DNA from: Camelus ferus
Taxonomy: Eukaryota
DNA length: 64,000 bases
Assembly (NCBI RefSeq): GCF_009834535.1
Contig: NC_045696.1
Location: 77,316,001-77,380,000, forward strand
Reading direction: 5' to 3'
In this document: piece after piece, positions 52,880 to 64,000 of the stretch
Position numbering within the stretch: position 1 is the first letter of the stretch
Layout of the letters: the number at the start of each line of letters is the position of its first letter
Notes under the pieces: generated by a model
What the model was told of the DNA's origin: nothing
Seen by the model: the letters and a program-made list of their open reading frames with translations, nothing else
The model's database searches: none
Program-made: the position numbers and the translations under genes

Positions 52880-55530
52880 AGTAACAAAATTAAAAACAAT
52901 AAATTAGTTAATAATTAGACTAGAAAATATTCTCTTGCAAAAGAAGGCAGTAAAGAAGAAACAGAAAAGATAGGGGGACATATAAAAAAGCAAAAATTAA
53001 AAAAATGGACATAAATTTAGCCATGCCAAATCCGTATGAACGGATTAAATAAATCAAAAGCAGAAATTGTCAAAATAGTCACACATTAAAAAAAAAAACC
53101 TAACAAGTTCCAACTTGATGCTGTCTACAGGAGACACATTTAAGATTAAAAAAACAAAAAGGTTGAAAGTGAAAGATTGAAAGGATTAATTGTACCATAC
53201 AAATAATAAAGAGCTAGTGTGTCTCCAATATCACATAAAAGACTTTGAAACAGAAAATATTATTAGAAATAATGAGGTGAATTTTATAGTGACAAAATAA
53301 TCAATCTTTTAGGAAGATCTAACAATGATAAATGTATGGGCATCTAAAATGAGTATATGAAGCCGAAACTGACAGAATCGAAGGGAAATATAAATAATTA
53401 AAAATAGTAATTGGAGACTTCAATATCCCACTTTCAAAAATAGAAAAAAAATTAACTAGGCAGAAGATCATTGAGGAAATAAAATTCTTGAATGACACTA
53501 TAAGCCAACTAGACCTCACAAATATCTATAAAACAACCCACCCAACAATTACTGGATACATATTCTCTAGCACACATGGAAGATTCTCCAGGCTAGGCCA
53601 CATTCTAGGCTATAACACAGGCCTTGACAGACTTAAAAGAAATGGAATCACATGAAGTACATTCTCCAGAAAAAATAGGGTGGCATTAGAATTTCATAGC
53701 AACAAGAAATTTAAGAAATTCACAGTATGTAGAAGTTAAACAATACTAAATAACAAATCAAGGAAGATACCACAAGTGAAACTAGAAAATACTTTAAGAT
53801 AAATGGAAATGAAAGCAAGACATACCAAAACTTATGAGATGGAGTTAAAGCAGTGCTCAGAAGAAATGTATAGCTGTGAATACTAGTATCAAAAGAGGAA
53901 ATATCTAAAACCAATAATCTAAACATCCACCTTAAGAAACTGGAAAAAGAAGTGAAATCTTAGACCAAAGCCAGCCAAACAAAGGAAGTAATAAAAAATA
54001 AAACAGAAATATGTAGCTAATAGAAAAACAATAGAAAAAATGAAGCCAAAGGTTTCTTTGTAAAGACTGACAAAATTGACAAACCTTTAGCTATAATCAG
54101 AAGGGTGAGAGGCTTTAATTACTCAAATAATAAGATGAAGGAGTGAAAGTTGCTCCAAACTGTGAGGCAATGCTGTGAATATTTGTATACCCCAAAATTA
54201 AATAGCTTAGGTGAAGGGGGTAAATTCCTAGAAAATGCAAACTACTAAATGTCACTCTAGAGGAAATATAAAGTCAGAATAAACGTACAACAGGACAAGA
54301 GATTGAATTCATAATTTTGACAATTCCCACAAAGAAGAGCCTAGACTCAGATGGCTTACTGATGAATCTTGCCAAAAAGTTAAAAAAATTTACACAAATC
54401 CATCACCAATTATTCCCCAAAAAATAGCAGAGAGGGGACTATTTTCCAACTTACTCTGTAAGACTTGATTCTAAAAATCAGACAAGAAAAGAGAACTACA
54501 ATATCTTTTATGACTATAGATATAAAAATCCTCAATAAAATACTAAGAATCCAAATCTAGAAACATATAAAATGAATTATATATCATAATCAAATGGGAG
54601 TTATCCCAGGAATGCAGGTTGGTTTAACACCCAAGAAAACAATAAATGTAATACACCATAGAAATGAAATAATGACAGATTGAAAATCATGATGGAATAA
54701 TCATAGTTCAGGCGTACAAAAATGGAATTGGGCAGCCTTGAGCATCTGGTCTCAGAAATGTTTCTTTACCACTTAGAACATGAACTTTCTGAACTGTACC
54801 AAACCACAACCTCCCAAGGATACCACCAGCCACTTTAGAACATCTGCTAGCTTTAACCTTGTGGTCTTACAGTTTCCCTCAATGCAACTGTGTAACCATT
54901 TTGGATCCCAATCAATCCTTGCTTAACAAGCACCCTTACTTCTTGCCAGCTACTATTATAAGTCTTGACAAACAGCTTGTATAACTAACTGTGGGCTTGC
55001 GATTTTTGCCTTTATAAGCTTCTTCCATTTTGTAGTCCAACAAAACACAATTCAAGTGCTTCTTGAATCTGTGTTTCCTAGGCTGCAGAATGAACAAACC
55101 CTAAATAAATGCCTCTTCATCTCAATCAGATCTTCATCTCTGAACATTTTGGTTAACAGGAATAAAGGCCAACAACAACATGCTCAAATCAACAGGTGCA
55201 TTGAAAGCATGTGACAAATTCCCCCTCAAAAGAAATACTTAACAAATTATGAATAGAAAAGAACTTTTTAAAATCCCATTTCTGTAAAATGGCCAGAATA
55301 GGCAAATCTATATAGGCAGAAAGTAAATTAGTGGTTGACAAGTTGAGGGTTGGAAGAATGGTGAAACACTGCTGGCTTGTTCTGGAGATGACTTAAGTAA
55401 TCTAAAATTAGATTGTCATGGTCATTGCACAACTCTGTAAATATACTTAAAAACCACTTAGTCATACACTTTAAATGGATGAATCATAGGCTAAGTGTTA
55501 TATCTCAATAAATCTGTTTCAAAAAATATT
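52880..55530 (+). mobile_element. Degenerate L1 ORF2 5' half plus an L1 3' end, interrupted by an LTR
   Basis: tgctgtctacaggagacaca, gttggagacttcaatatcccact-like endonuclease text, ttatcccaggaatgcaggttggtttaaca. Resumes at 55159. Confidence 0.88.
54665..55158 (+). mobile_element. Solo ERV1-type LTR nested in L1
   Basis: TG...ggttaaCA ends, tataa at ~55013 and aataaa at ~55104. L1 ORF2 is continuous on both sides. Confidence 0.8.
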
Positions 55531-57049
55531 GATCTAAGGTAAGAGCAGAGTTTAATCACTTCTCTCTGAATTGCTATTCTCCTTTCTCCTTCCTTATTAT
55601 GAGAAGAGAACCTTGAAAGAGTGGCTAACCATCTCATAAATACCAGGGAGTCAGGGAGGATTTAGTAGAAAAACCACATACGGAAAGGATGGACTCTAAA
55701 CAACTAAATCCTAAAGTGTTCCCAGCTTGATAAAATAGTATTAGTTGTAGTCATACATGCTAACCCAGCTTCATGGTATATAATAGAACAGCAAAACCAG
55801 ACCCCTGATTTCCTTTGACTTTACAGACTCCATTGTAGGCATGGCTATGCACCAATTTATGCAGCTGGTGTAATAAATCCCACCCTGCCTTAGTCATATC
55901 AGGCTTTCCCGTCCTCCTGACCTGAGCCTCTAGGTCCTACTCCTTACTTTTCTGTCTTTTCATGACATTACAAATATCAGAGATACTCAGATTTGCTTCT
56001 CCTTCTTGCTTTATAATATTAATATGATTTCTTAAGCCTTTCTGCTGCTTAAGTACATAGAAATAGAAATAATAATCCTTTTTCCATTTTATGGTTTGTT
56101 CAGTCTGTGACTAAGTAAATTTAGAAATTCAGTCAGTTCAGTTTAAAATGTAGTCAAATCAGCTGTTTGGTCAATTAAATAAACCTAATGTTTTAGTGAT
56201 ATATAAAAAGGGCCTAAGTGTATTGAAACACTAAGCATTAGCATTATAAATCAGAATTATTTTCTCCAAATGGTACCTTAGTGTTTTCAAATCTTACGAC
56301 TTTGCTGACCACCAAATTTACTCCTTGTACAATGTTATTTAATGTTTATGTAGTTGTGCTAGTTGTATTTGCATTGAGCTCCACAAGCATTAAATGTGGT
56401 AGATTTCTTAGCTATAATTAGGAAGAACTAATGTTTGCACATGCAAGGTCCATTGCCAGTAGCTTTACATATGATGTTACTTTTTCACAAATAATCATTT
56501 GTTTTTATTTCTAGACATTTTCAGGGATTGTGCACTGATTTTGGTCAGTAAAATTAGTTGAGACCACTGCAATTTTTAAGCAATTTAATTGTAATTATCA
56601 AAACATTTCTTAAAGGAAGGTCAATTGGTTAGCCTAATTTCAAATGTTATCTTCTCTCATTAGATAGATTTAATTCCTTCTACTGTGATCTTTTTTGAAC
56701 TATAGGAAAATTTGAACTCCATAGAGCTTCTTGTCTATTGTTTTCAATTATGAAAATCACTACTATTCATACTAAATTATTTTTATTCACCCAATACTTG
56801 ACAAATTAAGAAAATGAAAGCCCTAAAGACCCAATTAGGATTACAATAGAGTATTGCCATCAACCTGTAGTTGCAATCTTTCCTTGTTGCAGTCATCTAC
56901 AAATCTGATCACTGCTTCTAATTCTCTGAATATTTTAGCACCAATTTACTGTTAGTCTCTCCAGTATCACTCTTGTCTAATTATTGGTCACTTCATTATC
57001 CATGTATATCACCTTTTCCCAATAATTTTTAACCTCCATCTGGTTTCTT

Positions 57050-60000
57050 GATCTCTTCTCCATCCTATCTTATCTGCTGCATTTCCTCAGTCCTCATTGG
57101 TTATGGACAAACCACAGATACTGTCAATACCAACTTCTTCCATCATCTCAATTTCAACATCTCATCATCTGAATACAACTCCTTAGTTTTCCAGTTTACT
57201 CTCTCTTCTTTCCCAGCTAGTACAATTCTTTGACCTACTAGGTCCTAAATAAAACTTCATTTGCTTCTACTAGCTTACCACTATTTCTCTATACTCTCTA
57301 ATCCTGTACTACCCAATATGGTTTCTGTCATCCATCATTATACTAATTTCTCTTGCATGCATTGATCCTGTCTCCTGATATCTACTTAGTTAAATCCCAA
57401 GCCTGGTTAAATCCAGTTATCTGTCTATCCCATGTCTGCACTTTGAAGCTGACTTGGGTGAGGGAAAACTGAAAACTATGTTGATGCTATATTCTTTAAA
57501 AATATGATCAATTACTTGGCACTTAATGCCTCCTAGATTCCCTTCTCTAAAGAGAAAACTCTTTTACACCTTTTCCTCACATCTCTAACATTGCTCCTTT
57601 CTACTCACTATGACCCAGCTATTTGGTTCACTAAGCAAGTGAAAACCTACGTGATGATTTTGTTATTTGTTCCAGGGATGCAAGGATGGTTCAACATCAA
57701 CCAATTAACAAATGTGGTATACCACATTAACAAAATGAAAGATAATAATTATATGGTCATTTGAATACATGTAGAAAAAGCATTTGACAAAATTAAGCAT
57801 CCTTTCATGATAAAGACTCTTAACAAACTTGGTATAGAAAGAATGTACCTCAGTATAATAAAGGCCATATGTAACGAACTGAAATGTTTTCTTCTTAGAC
57901 TAGGACGCAAGACAAGGGTGCCCACTCTCATCACTTTTACTCAACATAGTACTGGATGACTTAGAGCAATTAGGCAAGAAAAACAATCAATCAATCAATT
58001 AATCAATAAATAAAACAAAACAAATTCAAATCAGAAAGGAAGAAGTAAAATTGTCTCTATTTGCAGATGACATGACCTTATATGTATATAAAACCTTAAA
58101 GACTCTACCGAAACACTTAGAACTAATAAACAATTTTAGTAAAACAGCAGGATACAAAATCAATATTAAAACAATGAACTACCAGAAAGAGAAATTAAGA
58201 AAATAATCTCATTTACAATAGCATCAAAAAGCATAAAATACTTAGGAAATAATTTAAGTAAGGCAGTTACTGAAAACTATAAAATATTCATGAAAGAAAT
58301 TTAAGACACAAATAAAGAGAAATATAATCTGTGTTCATGGATTAGAACCACCAAAGCGATCTACAGATTGAATGCAATTCCTATCAAAATTCTGATGACA
58401 TTTTTCATAGAAATAGAAAAAACAATCCTAAAATTTTATGGAATCACGAAAGTTCCAAATTGCCAAAGCAATTCTGAGAAAGCAGAACAAAGCTGAGGGC
58501 TTAAAATTTTCTGATTTTAAACTACATTACTAGGCTATAGTAATTAAAAGAGTAAGTAAAGGTGATAAAAAGTAGACCTAACAAATCAAAATAAAATAAA
58601 ACAAAATAGTAAGGTATTGGGTCTAAAAACAGATGTATAGATCAGTGGAAAATAATGGAGAACCCAGAAATAAACTCATGCATATATAATCAATTAATTT
58701 TTGAGAAATAAGCCAAAAATATACAATGGGGAAAGAATAGTTTTTTCAGTAGATGTGATGTTGTGAAAACTGGGTGTCCATATGCAAAAAAAAAAAAAAC
58801 AAAAACACAGTATTAGATTCCATCTTACACCATACACAAAAATCAACACAAATTAGAATAAGAACTTGAATGAAAGACGTGAAACTATAAAATTTCTAGA
58901 AGAAAACATAGAAAGTAAGCTCCTTGACAGTGGTTTTTAGCAATGAATTTTTGGATTTGACACCAAAACCAAAGGCAACAGAAGAGAAAATAAACAAGTG
59001 GGACTTCAACAAAGTAAAAAGCTTCTCCACAGCAAACAAAATGATCAAGAAAATTAAAAGGCTGCCAAAAGAATGAGAGAAGATATTTGCAACCACCTAT
59101 CTGACAAAGGGTTAGTATTTAAAGTATAAAAGGGTCTCATACAATTCAATACAATCAATCAATCAGTCAATCAATCAGTCACTCAAAACCAAGGGAAAAA
59201 TCAGCAAGTGATCTAAACAAGACATTTTTCCAAAGAAGGACATACAAATGGCTAACAGGTAATGATTAGTGCGTAATGTCACTGATACCAGCAAAATGCA
59301 AATCAAAACAATAATGATCTATTATATCTGTCGGGTTACCTATTATCAGAAAGACAAGATATAAATGATGGCAAGTATGTAGAGAAAAGGGAACCTTTGT
59401 ACACAGTTGGTGAAAATGCAAATTGGTACAGCACTATGGAAAACAACATGGGATTTCCTCAAGAAATTAAAAATAGAAGGACTGTATGAGTCATCAATCT
59501 CGCTTCTGGGTATATAGCCAAAGGAAATAAAATCACTATTGGAAGAGATATCTGTACTCCAATGTTTATAGCAGCCCTATTTACTATAGCCCAGGTATGG
59601 AAACTAAGTGTCCATCAATGAATAAATGGATAAAAGAAATATCACACATACACACAATAAAATATTATAGAAGTATCAGCCCTAATAAAGAAGAAAATTC
59701 TGTCACTTTCAACAACATGCATGAAACTGGAAGGTGTTATGTTGAGTAAAATACACCAGACAAAAAAAGACAAATATGGCATGGTATCACTTATATTTAG
59801 AATGTTAAAAAAAAAAAAAAAAAAAGGAAAGTTAAACTTCACAGAAACAGTAGAAAAGTGATTGCCAGGGGATGAGGGATTAAGGGAAATAGGAAGAGGT
59901 TGGTAAAAAGGTACAGACTTTCAGTTATAAATCATTAAGGTCTTGACAATCTAGTGTATAGCATGGTGAGTATAGTTTATAACATTCTATTTATAATTGA

Positions 60001-60500
60001 AATTTCCTAAGAGAGTAGAACTTAGTGTTCTCAACTAAATAAAGAAGTAGGTAGGTAGATAGGTGATGAACGTGTTAATTAACTCAGTGAGGTGAATCCT
60101 TTTGTGATGTGTAATTATATCAAACCATTAAGTTTTATATTTTAAATATCTTACAGCTTTGTCAACTATTCTTCTATAAAGCTGAAGAAAAATAAAAGCC
60201 AGTAGAAGGGAACTTTCTTACCCTACCACCACCACACACCACATCATATTAACCCACCTGTGACTGTATCGAAGTACTTTCTCCTTCTTGCAACATGGAC
60301 ATCTGTACTTCTGCCTATGGTCAAGATCTGTCTTATGGACTTGATCACAACCTCCTTGCCTATTCCAGGAGGAACTCCTCTGGCATTACCTTCTCTCTAC
60401 TCCTTTGCCATCAGTATTTGTCTTCTTATTGGGTCAATCTAATCAACGTGCCAATATGCTATAATATCATCTATCTTTTAAAAATTGCACATATTGTTTT
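57050..60500 (-). mobile_element. L2 fragment split by the L1MA insertion (57050-57640 and 60200-60500)
   Basis: Pyrimidine-rich L2 ORF-type text on both flanks. Confidence 0.6.
57650..60195 (+). mobile_element. 5'-truncated L1MA-type element (RT, C-terminus, 3'UTR)
   Basis: ccagggatgcaaggatggttcaacat; ctatttgcagatgacatg (LFADDM); full 3'UTR and A tail. Degenerate target duplication aagcaagtgaa / aagccagtagaa. Confidence 0.93.
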
Positions 60501-60904
60501 TCCATTGATGTCTTTTTTATATACTCATATTTTATATACTTATATTTGATGTTGTGGAAGTATAGAATCAAACTTGGTGTCATTTTTGGTATGCCACCTA
60601 TTAGACATATGATCTTAAAAATGGAAATTAATATTACCTCTTGATATAATGGCAATTTTGAAACATTATCTCAAAACAGTCAGAATTCTTTAAATGTGGT
60701 AACAGTTAATGTTCACCATAAATATATGAGTAGGTTCTATTATTTAACCCAATTTATGAGCAAGGATATCAAAGAAACAAAAGGTAAAGTTACATAAATA
60801 CTACATTAAGTAGGGTGAAAAGCCCACAGGGAAACTCAGACATTTTAGAAGAAATTAGGATATTCCCACCAAATTTCACTCTACTCTTTTCCCACATTAA
60901 CAGA

Positions 60905-61290
60905 GTTGTAGTAGGCATAGATTTACCCAACATTACATTTTCTAGCTATCATTGCAGTTAGGTATGATTTATTTTCACCAGTGAAATATGAGCAGAAGTG
61001 ATGTGTGCCACTTCCAGTAATGATCCTTCGAATAGGGGACATTATCTCCTTTCTCATTTTATCCCTCCTTACAAAATGGTAACAATTCAGCTTCAGCTAT
61101 GTGACCATAACGCCCTAGGTTACAGTTCAGTAAACTATGGCCTGTGGGCCAAATATTTTCTATCCCTTGTTTCTGTAAATAACGTTTTATTGGAACACAG
61201 GAACATCCATTTGTTAACATATTGTCTATAATTGCTTTTACATTAAGACTGCAGAACTGTCATTATTGATATAAATGCCACAGTATTAAG
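60905..61290. mobile_element. Old LTR fragment followed by MER58A-like element (from ~61115)
   Basis: gagcagaagtgatgtgtgccacttcc, then cagtaaactatggcctgtgggccaaat..gttttattggaacacag. Confidence 0.7.
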
Positions 61291-62409
61291 TTTTTCTCTT
61301 TAATTTTACTAATATACAAGACTTAGATTTTTAACAATTACTTCCCTTTGAAATTTCATATTGTCATTGTTTAAGTAAACTTAGACTATGAGAAGATAAT
61401 AAATCTTAGCTACCATTATGAGTGACATCTTCTAACATATCATTTATTTTCGTATTTAAATGCTTGCTTGATTTATGTAACACATGAATTTTCAGGATTC
61501 ATTTTGTCATAGTGCAAGTGCCTGTAAAGACCACTGCTCATATTACCCTAATTGTGAGTAAAATAAAGAACTTTTTAGCATTTAGTTTTAAAATCTAGTT
61601 ACTTAAAATGATAAACATTGCAAGAGGCAACAAAACTAATTCAATGATATTTCAGTTTTTCTTTGTGGTTTAAAGTCTATAACAAAAATCTTTATATTTG
61701 TGGTAAAGTAGGCAAATAAGTAAATGAATTACTACATTATTATTTATAGGAGTTTCCTTCATAATTCATAGACATTTGAAGTAGACAAAAGTTCCTGACA
61801 ACTACAAAGAAACTTTTCTTTTGATATTGTGGTCCAACAATAAATGTTTTATTTATTCCCTTATTTCTTTAAAATGCCTATTCCTGTAGCTTTGTTTGTT
61901 TATTCTTGTCCTTGAACATGGACTTTGGAGGGTGTGTGTGTGCATGCGTGTGAGTGTGTGTGTGTGATGCTAGCTCTAAAGAATCTATTCTAAGCTATCA
62001 TACATTGAGCACATAGTATATGGCAAGACTGTAACTTAAACTTACTTATATCATCTCCAGTCCTTAGCAAAGCCTTTCAGGGTAGGTATTATTATTCCCA
62101 TTTTGTTAATGTGTAAATGGCTCCTTGCTTTTAATCACACAGCTAATAATAAGTTTTGGAATTAGGATTCCTTCCTAGGTATGTTTAATTCTTAAGCTAT
62201 GATCAATCATAAAGTTATCCTACTAATTTGTTGCCTATCAAATTACTACATTGGAAAGTGTGTGAGTTTCTTGGTGAGTGTGTTTGACCTTAATATCATG
62301 AATAACTCCAACACTATTTAACATCTCCCCAAAATGAACTTTTTTACTCTTTATTTTCTCTGAAATACCATTTGTTGTAGGAAATATTTTTCTTTTTCCA
62401 TTTGATTTT

Positions 62410-63270
62410 ACTTTTATTTTAACTTTTTATTGAAATATAAATTATATGCAGAAAAGTATGTAAATTAATAAGCTCAATAACTTTCCACAATGTGAACACA
62501 CTAATGTAACCAGACGCTAGACTAAGAAATAGAACTTTACCAGCACACATACAATATGTTCTCTTTTGTGCTTGGCTTCTTTCTCTCAGTGCTATGTTTG
62601 TAAAATCTGTCTATATTTTATGTGGAGCAATAGCTTTGTTCATGCTCATGACTGTGTAATATTTTATTGTTGGGATAAAATCAAATATATTTAATTTTGA
62701 ATGAACTTTTGAGTTGCTAGAAATTTGGGGCTATCATGAGCAATACTACTATGTTCATTCTTGAGCATTATTTTTCACATATGTGAATGGATTTCTTTTA
62801 GTTATATAAGTGTAATAGCTGAGTAATTTACTATTAGTAGAGAGACAATCATTCCTCTAAAGTATTGTACCAGTTTATATTCCAACTATCATTGTGTGTG
62901 TTCTAGTTATTCACCAATAGGTGGAATTGTCTGTCTTCCTGGTGAATATGTATTATTTTGTGGTTTTATTTCTCTGATAGCTAATGAGCATCTTTTATAT
63001 GTTTATTGAACATTTGGATATTCTTTTTTATGAAATGCTTATGTGAATCTTCTGTGCTTTTTATTTTAATTGTGTTAGGTTTTTTTCTTGTTGACTTGAA
63101 GGAATCCTTTGTATGTTCAAGTACTCTGCAGTGTATTCACATTACATACGTCTTACCATATACCTTCCCTCCATCTTCTCCTACACTTTATTTTTCACAT
63201 ATTGATAGTATCTTTTGATAAGAGATGTCTTTAATTTTAATGTTATCTCATTAATTTGGGGGGCATTATT
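62410..63270 (-). mobile_element. L1ME-type 3' region
   Basis: tttttattgaaatataaattatatgcagaaaagt...gtatttgtaccagtttatattccaac-like text. Confidence 0.75.
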
Positions 63271-64000
63271 TAACAAATGTTTCTCTCCCTTTTTATTGAT
63301 TTTTATTTCTTGCTATTTATTATAAATGGCATTATTTTTCTTCTAAAAAATCTAGAAGACAAAGCACCCCACATTTTAATTTTGTTAATATACACTGTTT
63401 TGAAAGGACCCTTGCAAAATATCTAACATTAATGATTTATCAATACAAAGCTTTATCTGTAAAATAAAAATGTATCATACCATAGAAGTATTGATACTAG
63501 TACTTAACATTTTAAGATCTTTAATTACTTAAAATGATTACTTCTCCAAAGATAAATATTACTGAAATTAATGAATGAAGAAAAATAAGAGTATTGGTAT
63601 ACTTTAAGGAAAGGATGTTTTTTTGTACTTGAGAACACAGCACTATTAAACTTCTCATCAGCAAAGCTGGTTACGTTTTCTTGATTTAACAGTTAATTAC
63701 ACTGGAGCTAATTATTAAGTCTCATAATAAGTGATGAAGGAAAAACTACAGTATATGCCCTCTGAAAATGCAAATAAGCAGTAAATGGTTTTTTTCTAAT
63801 TTACTTCTATTTAAAACTTTCATATGATAGTAAAGGACTGTCTGATCTCTGTCCATTATCTTTATTTACATAACTAAACTGTAAGTAGAAATGAAATCTC
63901 TCTTGATGTACTGATTAACTGTAGGAGCTGCTTAAAAAGAAAGGGTGATTATCATAAACTTCCCAGGGAACTGCTCCACTTGGATTTAAGCACAATAAAG

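Overview
AT-rich mammalian genomic DNA. It is probably camelid, judging from three young L1 3' ends of the type I recall from alpaca and camel. I find no intact protein-coding gene, RNA gene or CRISPR array. Much of the window is old transposon debris: L1, L2, MIR, solo LTRs and DNA transposons. The main result is in ~31.7-49.1 kb on the minus strand, which appears to hold a decayed multi-exon gene. Its exon remnants translate, through many stops and frameshifts, into repeated dystroglycan-type cadherin-like (CADG) and SEA-like modules, Ser/Thr-rich segments, a decayed transmembrane helix and a cytoplasmic tail. This suggests an unprocessed pseudogene of a dystroglycan-like paralog. One of its exons was copied 2.6 kb away into an L1 5'UTR that has kept its CpGs and carries Sp1 and ETS motifs. 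All family and domain names were assigned by eye from remembered consensus sequences; no search was run.
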